Assembly (NCBI GenBank): GCA_900756575.1
Contig: CAAEKQ010000008.1
Location: forward strand, 2,120 to 66,119
Direction: 5' to 3'
DNA length: 64,000 bases
From: an uncultured Oscillospiraceae bacterium
GTDB lineage: Bacteria; Bacillota; Clostridia; Oscillospirales; Oscillospiraceae
In this document: positions 9,485-17,923 of the stretch, piece after piece
Position numbering within the stretch: position 1 is the stretch's first letter
Layout of the letters: the number at the start of each line of letters is the position of its first letter
The notes under the pieces: generated by a model
The model's input: only the letters and a program-made list of their open reading frames with translations
Databases searched by the model: none
Told to the model about the DNA's origin: nothing
Program-made: the position numbers and the translations under genes

Positions 9485-9710
9485 CTATTATATTTCATAA
9501 TTTACTGCGATTTGCAGCATTTCTGCACCGTATTTATATAATCTGTTATATATTGTGCATAAAACTCTGTCCACAGAACCCGCCCTTTTGGGTAGAAGTT
9601 CTATTGAAAATACACAAATGACCCGGTATAATAGGGATGTTTGGATAGTAACTAAGGCATGAATTTGCCTACGAAAAATTTGGGGAATCCCCCGGAAAGA
9701 GGTTTGCCGA

Positions 9711-11021
9711 ATGACTTACGAAGATTACAAAAAAATCTACGAATCGAAAAAAGGCACCGTCCAGGACGCTCTGGATATGATTCACTCCGGCGACGTAATC
9801 TGGTGCTCCAACAACTACAACGAGCCCGAAACCCTGTTTGGTCGTCTCCACGAGATTGCTGACCGCGTGGACAACGTGATCGTTTACAAGAGCCGTATCG
9901 GTCGTTATCCCTTCATGATGACCCCCGGCATGAACGGTCACATCAACTGCCACAACTACTTCTATGGCCCCTCCTATCGTGAGGCCCACAAGCTGCTGAA
10001 CGCCAGCTTCATTCCCGTTGATCTGCCCAACTACTACCGCATGGTCAACCGTCATAAGCCCTGCAACATCTTTACCGCTCAGGTTTCTCCCATGACCGAA
10101 GACGGCAAGCTGTACGTCGGCATGAACCAGACCATCGAGTACTATGCCATTAAGGACGCCATCGAGCAGCACAAGAAGATCATCGTTGAGGTGAACCCCA
10201 ACTTGACCTATATGAACGGCTCCGCTTACATCCCCGTTGAGGCTGTTACCCTGCTGTACGAGGTCAACACCCCCGAGTACTGCATTGGCCCTGTTACCAC
10301 CACTCCCGAAGAGGATAAGATCGGCGAAATGGTCGCATCCCTCATCGACGACGGCGATACCATCCAGATGGGCATCGGCGGCATCCCCGATACCGTCGGC
10401 AAGCACCTGATGGACAAGCATGATCTGGGCCTGCACACCGAGCAGTTCACCTCCTCCATGGCAGACCTCATCGAGGCTGGCGTTATCACCGGTGCTCGCA
10501 AAGCCTACGATCAGGGTATGCATGTGGGCGTATTTGCTGACGGCACCCATGAGCTGTATCAGTACCTGCACAACAACCCCAAGTGCATCATGAAGCCCGG
10601 CCCCGAGGTTCTGAACCCCCACAACATTGCTCGTCAGGATCACATGGTCTCCATCAACACCCTGGTTGAGATCGATCTGACCGGCCAGGTTTGCGCTGAG
10701 TCCATCGGACCTGTGCAGTACTCCGGTTCCGGCGGCGGCTTCTGCTTCACCCTGGGCACCTACTTCGCTGAGCACGGCAAGGGCATCCTGTGCTTCCAGT
10801 CCCGTACCAAGAAGGGAATGCCCAAGATCAAGGCTACCCTGACTCCCGGCGCAGTTGTGACCCATCAGCGTAACTACATCCAGTACGTTGTTACCGAGAA
10901 CGGCATTGCCGATCTCCGTGGTACCACCGTCCGTGAGCGCGCAAAGATGCTCATCAACCTGGCTCATCCCGATGACCGCGAGGAGCTCACCCGCGCTGCC
11001 AAGGAGCTTTACTACTTCTAA
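9711..11021 (+). CDS. Acetyl-CoA hydrolase/transferase family CoA-transferase (butyryl-CoA:acetate / 4-hydroxybutyrate CoA-transferase-like), paralog 1
   Basis: 436 aa; conserved family motifs IQMGIGGIPD, EIDLTGQVCAESIG, GSGGGxxF, TPGAVVTHQRN..YVVTENG; promoter TTGAAA-17-TATAAT at about 9605-9632. Confidence 0.9.
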   Translation: MTYEDYKKIYESKKGTVQDALDMIHSGDVIWCSNNYNEPETLFGRLHEIADRVDNVIVYKSRIGRYPFMMTPGMNGHINCHNYFYGPSYREAHKLLNASFIPVDLPNYYRMVNRHKPCNIFTAQVSPMTEDGKLYVGMNQTIEYYAIKDAIEQHKKIIVEVNPNLTYMNGSAYIPVEAVTLLYEVNTPEYCIGPVTTTPEEDKIGEMVASLIDDGDTIQMGIGGIPDTVGKHLMDKHDLGLHTEQFTSSMADLIEAGVITGARKAYDQGMHVGVFADGTHELYQYLHNNPKCIMKPGPEVLNPHNIARQDHMVSINTLVEIDLTGQVCAESIGPVQYSGSGGGFCFTLGTYFAEHGKGILCFQSRTKKGMPKIKATLTPGAVVTHQRNYIQYVVTENGIADLRGTTVRERAKMLINLAHPDDREELTRAAKELYYF

Positions 11022-11035
11022 TCTCCGCCCTCTCT

Positions 11036-11077
11036 GCCCGGCACAGCTTTTGCTGTGTCGGGCTTTTTTCGTTTTTT
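11036..11077 (+). terminator. Rho-independent terminator (GCCCGGCACAGC-tttt-GCTGTGTCGGGC + T-run)
   Basis: 12-bp stem with one G.U pair, followed by TTTTTTCGTTTTTT. Confidence 0.8.
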
Positions 11078-11176
11078 CTTGCAGTCGTGGATGGGATGTA
11101 TTATAATGAGAGCATAGGAAGTTTGATTCAGAACTATTTCCGCAAATTGCGATATCATTCGCAAGGAGGCAATGCT

Positions 11177-12118
11177 ATGCGTTATACAAAGCCCGATTAT
11201 CTGGAGCGTTTTTACTGCACCGCCGAAAACTGTCCCACTCCCTGTGCCGCTCCCGCGGACATCTGCTGGACCCGAACCCTGGGAGATACCTGTGAAACCG
11301 GCATCAGCATGACCTGCCCCCAGGCCGCAAACCTGATTTTGCTCCACGAGGCTCCCACGGTCTACCGCACCAGCCGGGACGGCACATCTCCCGCTGCCCC
11401 CCTCACCGGCGTCACGGAAAATCAGCTGTCACTCATGCTGGACGCCCGAAAGACCACGGAGATCATCATTCAGAACCGCGCACTGCCCCTCCGTTCCAAC
11501 GTCATGCTGCTGCTGATTTATGGCTTTGAGTTTGAGCCCATGATTACCTCCGGCTCCCGGTATGCCTATGACGAGCTGGACTGGGGTTTTACCGAGCAGC
11601 CCTACCGTCAGCTGTCCTACGCCCTCACTGCCCAGGGAAATTGGGAGATGAAGCGCAGCAATATGCTCCAACTTCTGATCCAGCTCCACGAACTCACCCG
11701 GGATGACGAGCTGCTCCAGGACCACTTAACCCACACCATCTCCTTGATCGAGCCCATGAGCGGCGAAGAATACAAGGCCCTCCGGGATACCTTCGACCAG
11801 TATATGAAGCCCCGGGATTACCTCTTTGAAAACCTCATGGTCTATTATATTCACCGCTATTTTCTGGCCAATGCCCAGGAGCAGACGGTATTGCCCGGCA
11901 TTCGGTTCTCCATGGTGAGCTTTGCAGTGATTCGCGCCATGTCCGCCCGGCTCTATCAGGATACCGGCGTGCTGTCGGAACACGCATTTTCCGCGCTGTG
12001 TCGCCATTATGCCCGCTGTGTAGAGGAAAATCCCATGGTGCGCGAGATTTTGAATCAGCGCTTCCTCACAGATCCCCTTTATTCTCAGGACAACCTCCAG
12101 CGGATGCTTTGGCAGTGA
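11177..12118 (+). CDS. Hypothetical protein with Cys-rich N-terminus (CxxxxCxxxCxxxxxxC)
   Basis: Start chosen at the Met with RBS AAGGAGG (ORF-track start 11087 lacks an RBS); own promoter TTGCAG-17-TATAAT; no recognisable family by eye. Confidence 0.55.
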   Translation: MRYTKPDYLERFYCTAENCPTPCAAPADICWTRTLGDTCETGISMTCPQAANLILLHEAPTVYRTSRDGTSPAAPLTGVTENQLSLMLDARKTTEIIIQNRALPLRSNVMLLLIYGFEFEPMITSGSRYAYDELDWGFTEQPYRQLSYALTAQGNWEMKRSNMLQLLIQLHELTRDDELLQDHLTHTISLIEPMSGEEYKALRDTFDQYMKPRDYLFENLMVYYIHRYFLANAQEQTVLPGIRFSMVSFAVIRAMSARLYQDTGVLSEHAFSALCRHYARCVEENPMVREILNQRFLTDPLYSQDNLQRMLWQ

Positions 12119-12137
12119 TCCCAGAAAGCAAAAGTTT

Positions 12138-12162
12138 CCCCCGATGCATTTTGCATCGGGGG
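12138..12162. terminator. Bidirectional terminator (CCCCCGATGCA-tttt-TGCATCGGGGG)
   Basis: Perfect 11-bp palindromic hairpin between converging genes. Confidence 0.7.
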
Positions 12163-12168
12163 ATTCGT

Positions 12169-14730
12169 TTATTCAGCTTCGATTTCGGTTTCTTCCGGTC
12201 TGGGCGCTTCCTGCTTCAGCGTCCGCTGTACGCTGGCACAGCGCAGAATCACGCCAAGAATATGCATGGCGCAGGCCTGGAGGTCGCCGATGTGCATCTT
12301 CTGGCTGTAAGGACGAACGCCGCGGTTTTCGGTCTTATCCTCAGAAGCCAGGGCCTGAGCGATTTCCTCCACCACATCCGGGCCGCCGGGCTGAATCATG
12401 TCATTTCCGGCGCAAACGCTCAGCGCAGGCTGGCTGATTCCGCCGCCCCAGTCTGTCATCACAAAGCCCTTGAAGCCCCACTCATCCCGGAGGATGGCGG
12501 TGGTCAGGTCATAGTTGTTGGCGGAGGGCATACCGTTGATGTCGTTATAGGAGGTCATGACACTGTAGGGCTGGGCGGTTTTTACTGCAATCTCAAAGCC
12601 CTTGAGATAGATTTCCCGCAGCGCCCGCTGGGTCACAATATCGTTGGAATTGGTACGCAGGGTCTCCTGGTTGTTGCCGGCAAAATGCTTGATGGTAACA
12701 CCCACGCCGTTTTTCTGCACGCCCTTGGTAATCGCCGCCGCGCAGGTGCCGGCCAGCAGGGGATCCTCGGAGAAATACTCAAAGTTTCTGCCGCACAGGG
12801 GATTCCGGTGGATGTTCATACCCGGCGCCAGCCACAGCTCCACGCCGTATTCCAGCATCTCCAGGGCTACCGCAGCGCCGAACCGCTCCAGCACATCCGT
12901 GTCCCAGGAGCAGGCCAGCAGCGAGCCCACCGGGAATGCAGTGCAAAGCTGCTGCCCGATCACATCGCCCTCGTCGTTCTTGATCTTCTGGCTGATGCGA
13001 ATGCCCGCAGGTCCGTCCGCCAGAGAAATGGGCGGAATGCCGTACTTTTCATAGAGATTCGCCGTCTCACCGGCAGCGCCCCGCACCTTCATGCCGCCGC
13101 CACCGAGAATGCCGTTAAAGGGCGGCTGGAAATCCGGGTCCTGCTGCACCTGCTCGGGCATACCGGACAGATCCATGCCGATGCCACAGACCAGGCCGCA
13201 GAGATCGGAGGCGTCCATAGATGCCACGAACTCGCTGAGGGAGCAGGTCTTGTTCATCACATCCCGCAGCCGCAGATCCACGCGATTCCGCCGCAGGGTG
13301 TGATAAGGCTTGCGGTATTTCACCTTCACCGTCCGGAATTCCCGGGCAGAGATGCGAACCGCGTGCTGCTGGGCAAAGTCCATCTCGTCCTTTTCGCCGG
13401 GATAGGAATACGCGGGGATTTCCTTGGCCGAAATGGTCTCGAAATTCTCGGGTACATGGCCCATCCGGTCAGACAGCACCAGCGTGGTAACAGTCTGGGG
13501 CAGGAATACCGCGCCGCAAACCGTTGTGCTGCGGCTGTCGTTGCCCAGACGCACATAGTAATAGCCCTTTTCCAGCACATAGCTGTTGGTTTTCTCGTCA
13601 AAGGAGGCAAAATCAGAAAGCCGGAACTCCATGGTCAGAGTTTCCTCCTCACCGGGGGCTAGGAGCTTTGTTTTTGCAAAGGCACACAGCTTCTGCTTGG
13701 GCTGCTCCAGCTGTCCATCCGGGCAGGAGAGGTAGACCTGCATCACCTGACGTGCTGCATATACATCGCCGGTATTCTCTACTGTGGCGGTTACTGTCAG
13801 CCGGTCTCCGGTGGCTGCAAAGGAATAGGCCGCCAGCTCGGTTTTGCCGTAGCCAAGGCCATAACCAAAGGGATAGAGCACATCCTCCCCAAAGCTGTCG
13901 AAATAGCGATAGCCCACATAAATATCGTCGCTGTAGGCCACATCCACCTGCTCCTGCTGCTGGCCCATGGTGGTCTGAATGTTGCCGTTAAAGTGCTTCT
14001 GGCTGTACTCCTTGGCCGTGGGATACTGGGTGTAGGAAAGGGGCCAGGTGTCGGTCAAGTGGCCGGAGGGGAGTACGCTGCCGGTGAGTACATCAGCCAC
14101 TGCGCCTGCATCCTGACCGGGCAGACCCATAAACAGCACTGCGGAGAACTTCTTGGCATACTCGCCAATCTCCAAAAATCCTGCGGTATTCAGCAGCAGA
14201 ACGGTCTTTTCAAAATGGGTGGTCACCGCATCCATGAGCTTTTTTTCGCCCTCGGTGAGATAGATCATTCCCGGCTCCGCCTTCATATCCGCGCCCTCAC
14301 CGGCAACCCGTGAGAGCACCACCACAGCAGCATCGTTGCCCACTGCAAAGCTGCGGATTTCCTCACCGGACAGGGGCATTTCCTCATTGTAATATCCCTT
14401 GGGCTCCATAAAGCCCTCCACGCACAGATTCTCGTGGGACAGGCACCAGGTGCGGTATTTCCGTGCCAGAAGTCCATCGGGCTTCAGCGACGGGCAGTTT
14501 TCCATTCCCTCCAGCAGGGAAATGGTCTTGAGATTATTGACATTGCCGGAGCCGGTGCCGCCCTTGACGGTATAGATCTGGCCCACGCCAAACAGCGCAA
14601 CGGGAACCGGCTCTTCACTGCTGCCCAGCAGAGGCAGGGTGTTTCCTACATTCTTCAGCAACACCATGCTCTCCGCCGCAAGTGCCCGAGCTGTGGCTGC
14701 ATTCTTGGTCATACGTGCAGATGCTTCCAT
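12169..14730 (-). CDS. Glycoside hydrolase family 3 (beta-glucosidase/beta-xylosidase-like) with circularly permuted domain order
   Basis: C-terminal catalytic (alpha/beta)8 domain with KHFAGNNQE and nucleophile motif GFKGFVMTDWGG; N-terminal region matches the GH3 alpha/beta sandwich and FnIII-like domains (ESMVLLKN, YVGYRYFD). Confidence 0.85.
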   Translation of the reverse strand: MEASARMTKNAATARALAAESMVLLKNVGNTLPLLGSSEEPVPVALFGVGQIYTVKGGTGSGNVNNLKTISLLEGMENCPSLKPDGLLARKYRTWCLSHENLCVEGFMEPKGYYNEEMPLSGEEIRSFAVGNDAAVVVLSRVAGEGADMKAEPGMIYLTEGEKKLMDAVTTHFEKTVLLLNTAGFLEIGEYAKKFSAVLFMGLPGQDAGAVADVLTGSVLPSGHLTDTWPLSYTQYPTAKEYSQKHFNGNIQTTMGQQQEQVDVAYSDDIYVGYRYFDSFGEDVLYPFGYGLGYGKTELAAYSFAATGDRLTVTATVENTGDVYAARQVMQVYLSCPDGQLEQPKQKLCAFAKTKLLAPGEEETLTMEFRLSDFASFDEKTNSYVLEKGYYYVRLGNDSRSTTVCGAVFLPQTVTTLVLSDRMGHVPENFETISAKEIPAYSYPGEKDEMDFAQQHAVRISAREFRTVKVKYRKPYHTLRRNRVDLRLRDVMNKTCSLSEFVASMDASDLCGLVCGIGMDLSGMPEQVQQDPDFQPPFNGILGGGGMKVRGAAGETANLYEKYGIPPISLADGPAGIRISQKIKNDEGDVIGQQLCTAFPVGSLLACSWDTDVLERFGAAVALEMLEYGVELWLAPGMNIHRNPLCGRNFEYFSEDPLLAGTCAAAITKGVQKNGVGVTIKHFAGNNQETLRTNSNDIVTQRALREIYLKGFEIAVKTAQPYSVMTSYNDINGMPSANNYDLTTAILRDEWGFKGFVMTDWGGGISQPALSVCAGNDMIQPGGPDVVEEIAQALASEDKTENRGVRPYSQKMHIGDLQACAMHILGVILRCASVQRTLKQEAPRPEETEIEAE

Positions 14731-14816
14731 TCTTTATTCCTCCTGGCGTTCTATTCGTACTAATACTATACACAAAAACCCGCTGGGCTGCAACAGAATT
14801 TTGCGCCCCTGCCTCC

Positions 14817-14856
14817 GCAAAAACGCCCCGCGCCGGAAGAAGCTGCCGGGCGGGGC
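14817..14856 (-). terminator. Terminator of the CBS gene (GCCCCGCGCCGG...CCGGGCGGGGC)
   Basis: GC-rich hairpin with T-run on the minus strand. Confidence 0.6.
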
Positions 14857-14862
14857 ATGGGA

Positions 14863-15297
14863 TTATTCCAAAGGAATGGTTTGCTCCTTCTGCTGGAAAT
14901 ACTTCTCCATACAGTATTCCATGATTTTCTGACGGGTGACAATGCCGATAAACGCCTCCCGGTCATCCACCACCGGTACAAAGTTCTGCTCCACTGCCAT
15001 GGCCACCAGCTCTTCAGGCGAGGTGGTAACGGTCACAGGCAGGTAATCCTTTCTCCGGGCAACCTCCATCACCGGCCGGCCCTCGGCGTCCTTCATGTTC
15101 ATCATATAGTTATTCTTGATGGCCCAGAGCAGATCGCCCTCGGAGATAGTGCCCACATATTCTCCCGAACGCTTGAGAATCGGGATCGTGGCAAATCGTC
15201 CGCCGTGCTCCATGCGTTCCAGGGCCTGACGAATAGTGAAATCATCAAAAATATATGTACAGTTGGCTTTATGGGTCAGAAAGAACAGAATATTCAT
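14863..15297 (-). CDS. CBS-domain pair protein
   Basis: Two CBS motifs; promoter TTGCTT-16-TATAAT and RBS GGGAGGAG upstream on minus strand. Confidence 0.75.
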   Translation of the reverse strand: MNILFFLTHKANCTYIFDDFTIRQALERMEHGGRFATIPILKRSGEYVGTISEGDLLWAIKNNYMMNMKDAEGRPVMEVARRKDYLPVTVTTSPEELVAMAVEQNFVPVVDDREAFIGIVTRQKIMEYCMEKYFQQKEQTIPLE

Positions 15298-15388
15298 TCA
15301 GAAAGCTCCTCCCTCGTCTGTTTCGCAATGATTCTATCTTATTATACCATAGTTTTTCCCACAAGCAATGAAGGAACTATGAACGACG

Positions 15389-15432
15389 AAAAAAAAGCAC
15401 CGGAATTACAGATTTCTCTGCAATTCCGGTGC
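15389..15432 (-). terminator. Terminator of metY (GCACCGGAATT...AATTCCGGTGC + T8)
   Basis: 11-bp perfect stem followed by TTTTTTTT on the minus strand. Confidence 0.8.
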
Positions 15433-15449
15433 AAAAGAGAGGGAATGAA

Positions 15450-16733
15450 TTACTTTACAGCCTGGAACGCCTGCTCCAGATCTGCGATGATATCGTCGAT
15501 GTGCTCGGTGCCGATAGACAGGCGGATGGTGTTGGGCTTAATGCCCACATCCAGCAGCTCCTCCTCGGACAGTTGAGAATGGGTGGTGGTAGCGGGATGG
15601 ATCACCAGAGACTTCACATCTGCCACATTGGCCAGCAGGGAGAAGATCTTCAGATGGTCGATGAACTCGAAGGCCTCCTTCTGGCCGCCCTTGATCTCGA
15701 AGGTAAAGATGGAAGCGCCGCCGTTGGGGAAGTACTTCTCATAGAGGGCATGATCGGGATGATCGGGCAGGGAGGGATGGTTTACATGCTCCACCTGGGG
15801 ATGGTTCACCAGATACTCTACCACCTTCTTGGTGTTCTCGGCATGGCGCTCCAGCCGCAGGGACAGAGTTTCGGTACCCTGGAGCAGCAGGAATGCCGCG
15901 AAGGGGGAGATGGTTGCGCCGGTATCCCGGAGCAGGATGGCGCGGATATAAGTAGCGAAGGCAGCGGGGCCCGCAGCCTCGGTGAACTTTACGCCGTGAT
16001 AGCTGGGGTTTGGCTCGGAAATCCAGGGATATCTGCCGGATGCCGCCCAATCGAAGGTGCCGCCGTCTACAATTACGCCGCCCAGGGTGGTGCCATGGCC
16101 GCCGATAAACTTGGTTGCGGAATGAACCACCACGTCTGCTCCGTGCTCGATGGGACGGATGAGATAGGGGGTGCCGAAGGTGTTGTCAATGACCAGAGGC
16201 AGGCCGTGCTTATGGGCGATGGCTGCAATGGCGTCGATATCGGGAATATCGGAGTTGGGGTTGCCCAGGGTCTCGATGTAGATTGCCTTGGTGTTGTCCT
16301 GAATGGCACCCTCGACCTCGCCCAGGTTATGGGCATCCACAAAGGTTGCCTCAATGCCATACAGGGGCAGGGTATGGGCCAGCAGGTTGGAGGTGCCGCC
16401 GTAAATGGTCTTCTGGGCTACAATGTGCTCGCCCTGCTTTGCCAGCGCCTGGAGGGTGTAGGTGATGGCTGCTGCACCGGAAGCCACTGCCAGGCCTGCA
16501 ACGCCGCCCTCCAGCGCTGCGATACGCTTTTCAAATACGTCCTGGGTAGAGTTGGTCAGACGGCCATAGATATTGCCCGCATCAGCCAGGCCAAAACGGT
16601 CGGCAGCGTGCTGGGAGTTGTGGAACACATAAGAAGTGGTGGCATAGATGGGAACGGCACGTGCGTCGGTTACGGGATCGGCCTGCTCCTGACCAACGTG
16701 AAGCTGCAGGGTTTCAAATTTATATTCAGACAT
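15450..16733 (-). CDS. metY: O-acetylhomoserine aminocarboxypropyltransferase (O-acetylhomoserine sulfhydrylase)
   Basis: Cys/Met-metabolism PLP enzyme signature; 427 aa; N-terminus MSEYKFETLQLHVGQE typical of MetY. Confidence 0.9.
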   Translation of the reverse strand: MSEYKFETLQLHVGQEQADPVTDARAVPIYATTSYVFHNSQHAADRFGLADAGNIYGRLTNSTQDVFEKRIAALEGGVAGLAVASGAAAITYTLQALAKQGEHIVAQKTIYGGTSNLLAHTLPLYGIEATFVDAHNLGEVEGAIQDNTKAIYIETLGNPNSDIPDIDAIAAIAHKHGLPLVIDNTFGTPYLIRPIEHGADVVVHSATKFIGGHGTTLGGVIVDGGTFDWAASGRYPWISEPNPSYHGVKFTEAAGPAAFATYIRAILLRDTGATISPFAAFLLLQGTETLSLRLERHAENTKKVVEYLVNHPQVEHVNHPSLPDHPDHALYEKYFPNGGASIFTFEIKGGQKEAFEFIDHLKIFSLLANVADVKSLVIHPATTTHSQLSEEELLDVGIKPNTIRLSIGTEHIDDIIADLEQAFQAVK

Positions 16734-17004
16734 AATAATAACCTCTTTCTATGAAAAAATCTTGTTTTGGTTGGTTCGTTTTTCAATTTTGGGTGCAAAA
16801 AAGCCCGGACACCATTCTGCCCGGACAACAACTGCATTTGCGGCGCTTTTATGCCATAAGGGTACAGGAAAGCCGCCCACACGCAGATTGCGTCCGGTGC
16901 CCAAGCATTCGCCCACAGCGGAAATTGCTGCGGAGGAGAGACTGAAACTGAATTCTCATGATGCTGACCTCCTGCTTAAATGGTTTTCCTATCGGATTGA
17001 TATG

Positions 17005-17033
17005 ATATTAGCACAACTTTCCAGGTCTGTCAA
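17005..17033 (-). promoter_or_regulatory. SigA promoter of metY (TTGACA-17-TAATAT), about 260-nt leader
   Basis: Consensus -35, 17-bp spacer, good -10; leader contains a uORF and a hairpin+T6 attenuator candidate. Confidence 0.55.
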
Positions 17034-17151
17034 TCGGAAATTCTAAAACTTTTCTAACTTCGCAGGAATTCGTCAGAATGCTTGCAGTTTCCCCTGCAAA
17101 GGGCCCGGAATATTGGTGGTTTTCCCCGATTTTCTGCATAAGCTCGCCATG

Positions 17152-17192
17152 AAAACAGCACCCCCAATACCGAAACGCCAGTATTGGGGGTG
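17152..17192 (-). terminator. Terminator of the HAD hydrolase gene (CACCCCCAATAC...GTATTGGGGGTG)
   Basis: 12-bp perfect stem, T-run on the minus strand. Confidence 0.75.
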
Positions 17193-17239
17193 CCGGTCCA
17201 TTTGCAGTTCCGTTTTTCCGAATTTCCGATTGTACTACC

Positions 17240-17923
17240 CTAAAGCGCTTCCAGCAGCCGGGGCAGCTTCATAAGATCATCAATTTCAAAATCCACGGGG
17301 ATATCCGTCCGCCGGGGCTTGTGCCTGGGGTTATACCAGCAGGTCGTGATTCCCGCATTGATGCCGCCCCGCATATCCGAGGTCAGACTGTCGCCAATAA
17401 TCACGGCCTGGCTGGGATCAAAATCCGGGATGGTGGCAAAGCTCCGGTCAAAGAACTCCTTCTGGGGCTTATCCACGCCGACCCGCTCGGAAATAAAGAT
17501 GCCCTGAAAATACGTTCCAATGCCGGAATCCCGCAGGCGGCAGTCCTGCACCATGGCCGTGCCATTGGAGACCAGATAGAGCCGGTATTTCCCCACCAGC
17601 CGCTCCAGCAGCTCCGGCGCACCGGGCATAAAATCATGGCCCTTTGCCAGCATATTCTCATAGCACCGCTGGGTTTCCTCACAGGAGGCATTCACCCTCA
17701 GCTCCCGAAACAGCAGCTGAAATCGGCGGAGCAGCACCTGCTCCCGAGTGAGCTTTTTCTCCTCCAGCAGCTCCCATTGGCGCTGGTTAATCTCGCTGTA
17801 CCGAGCCACAATGGCGTCGGTAGGTTCAACGCCGGATCGACGCAGGGCCTGACGGATTGCCCAGGCCTCCGCCTTGTGGAAATCCAGCAGGGTATCGTCC
17901 AAATCAAAAAACAGAAATTTCAT
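17240..17923 (-). CDS. HAD-IA family hydrolase (YjjG-like nucleotidase/phosphatase)
   Basis: FFDLDDTL motif I, 227 aa. Confidence 0.8.
   Translation of the reverse strand: MKFLFFDLDDTLLDFHKAEAWAIRQALRRSGVEPTDAIVARYSEINQRQWELLEEKKLTREQVLLRRFQLLFRELRVNASCEETQRCYENMLAKGHDFMPGAPELLERLVGKYRLYLVSNGTAMVQDCRLRDSGIGTYFQGIFISERVGVDKPQKEFFDRSFATIPDFDPSQAVIIGDSLTSDMRGGINAGITTCWYNPRHKPRRTDIPVDFEIDDLMKLPRLLEAL

Noticed and set aside
9669-10967. 432-aa minus-strand ORF antisense to CoA-transferase 1 (likewise 22431-23894 and 25911-27278 antisense to paralogs 2 and 3)
   Set aside because: GVD-rich low-complexity translations mirror-imaging conserved CoA-transferase genes.
11998-13662. 554-aa plus-strand ORF antisense to the GH3 gene
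   Set aside because: No motifs; overlaps a GH3 gene with clear catalytic signatures.
15429-16754. 441-aa plus-strand ORF antisense to metY
   Set aside because: Low-complexity; metY frame has clear PLP-enzyme signatures.
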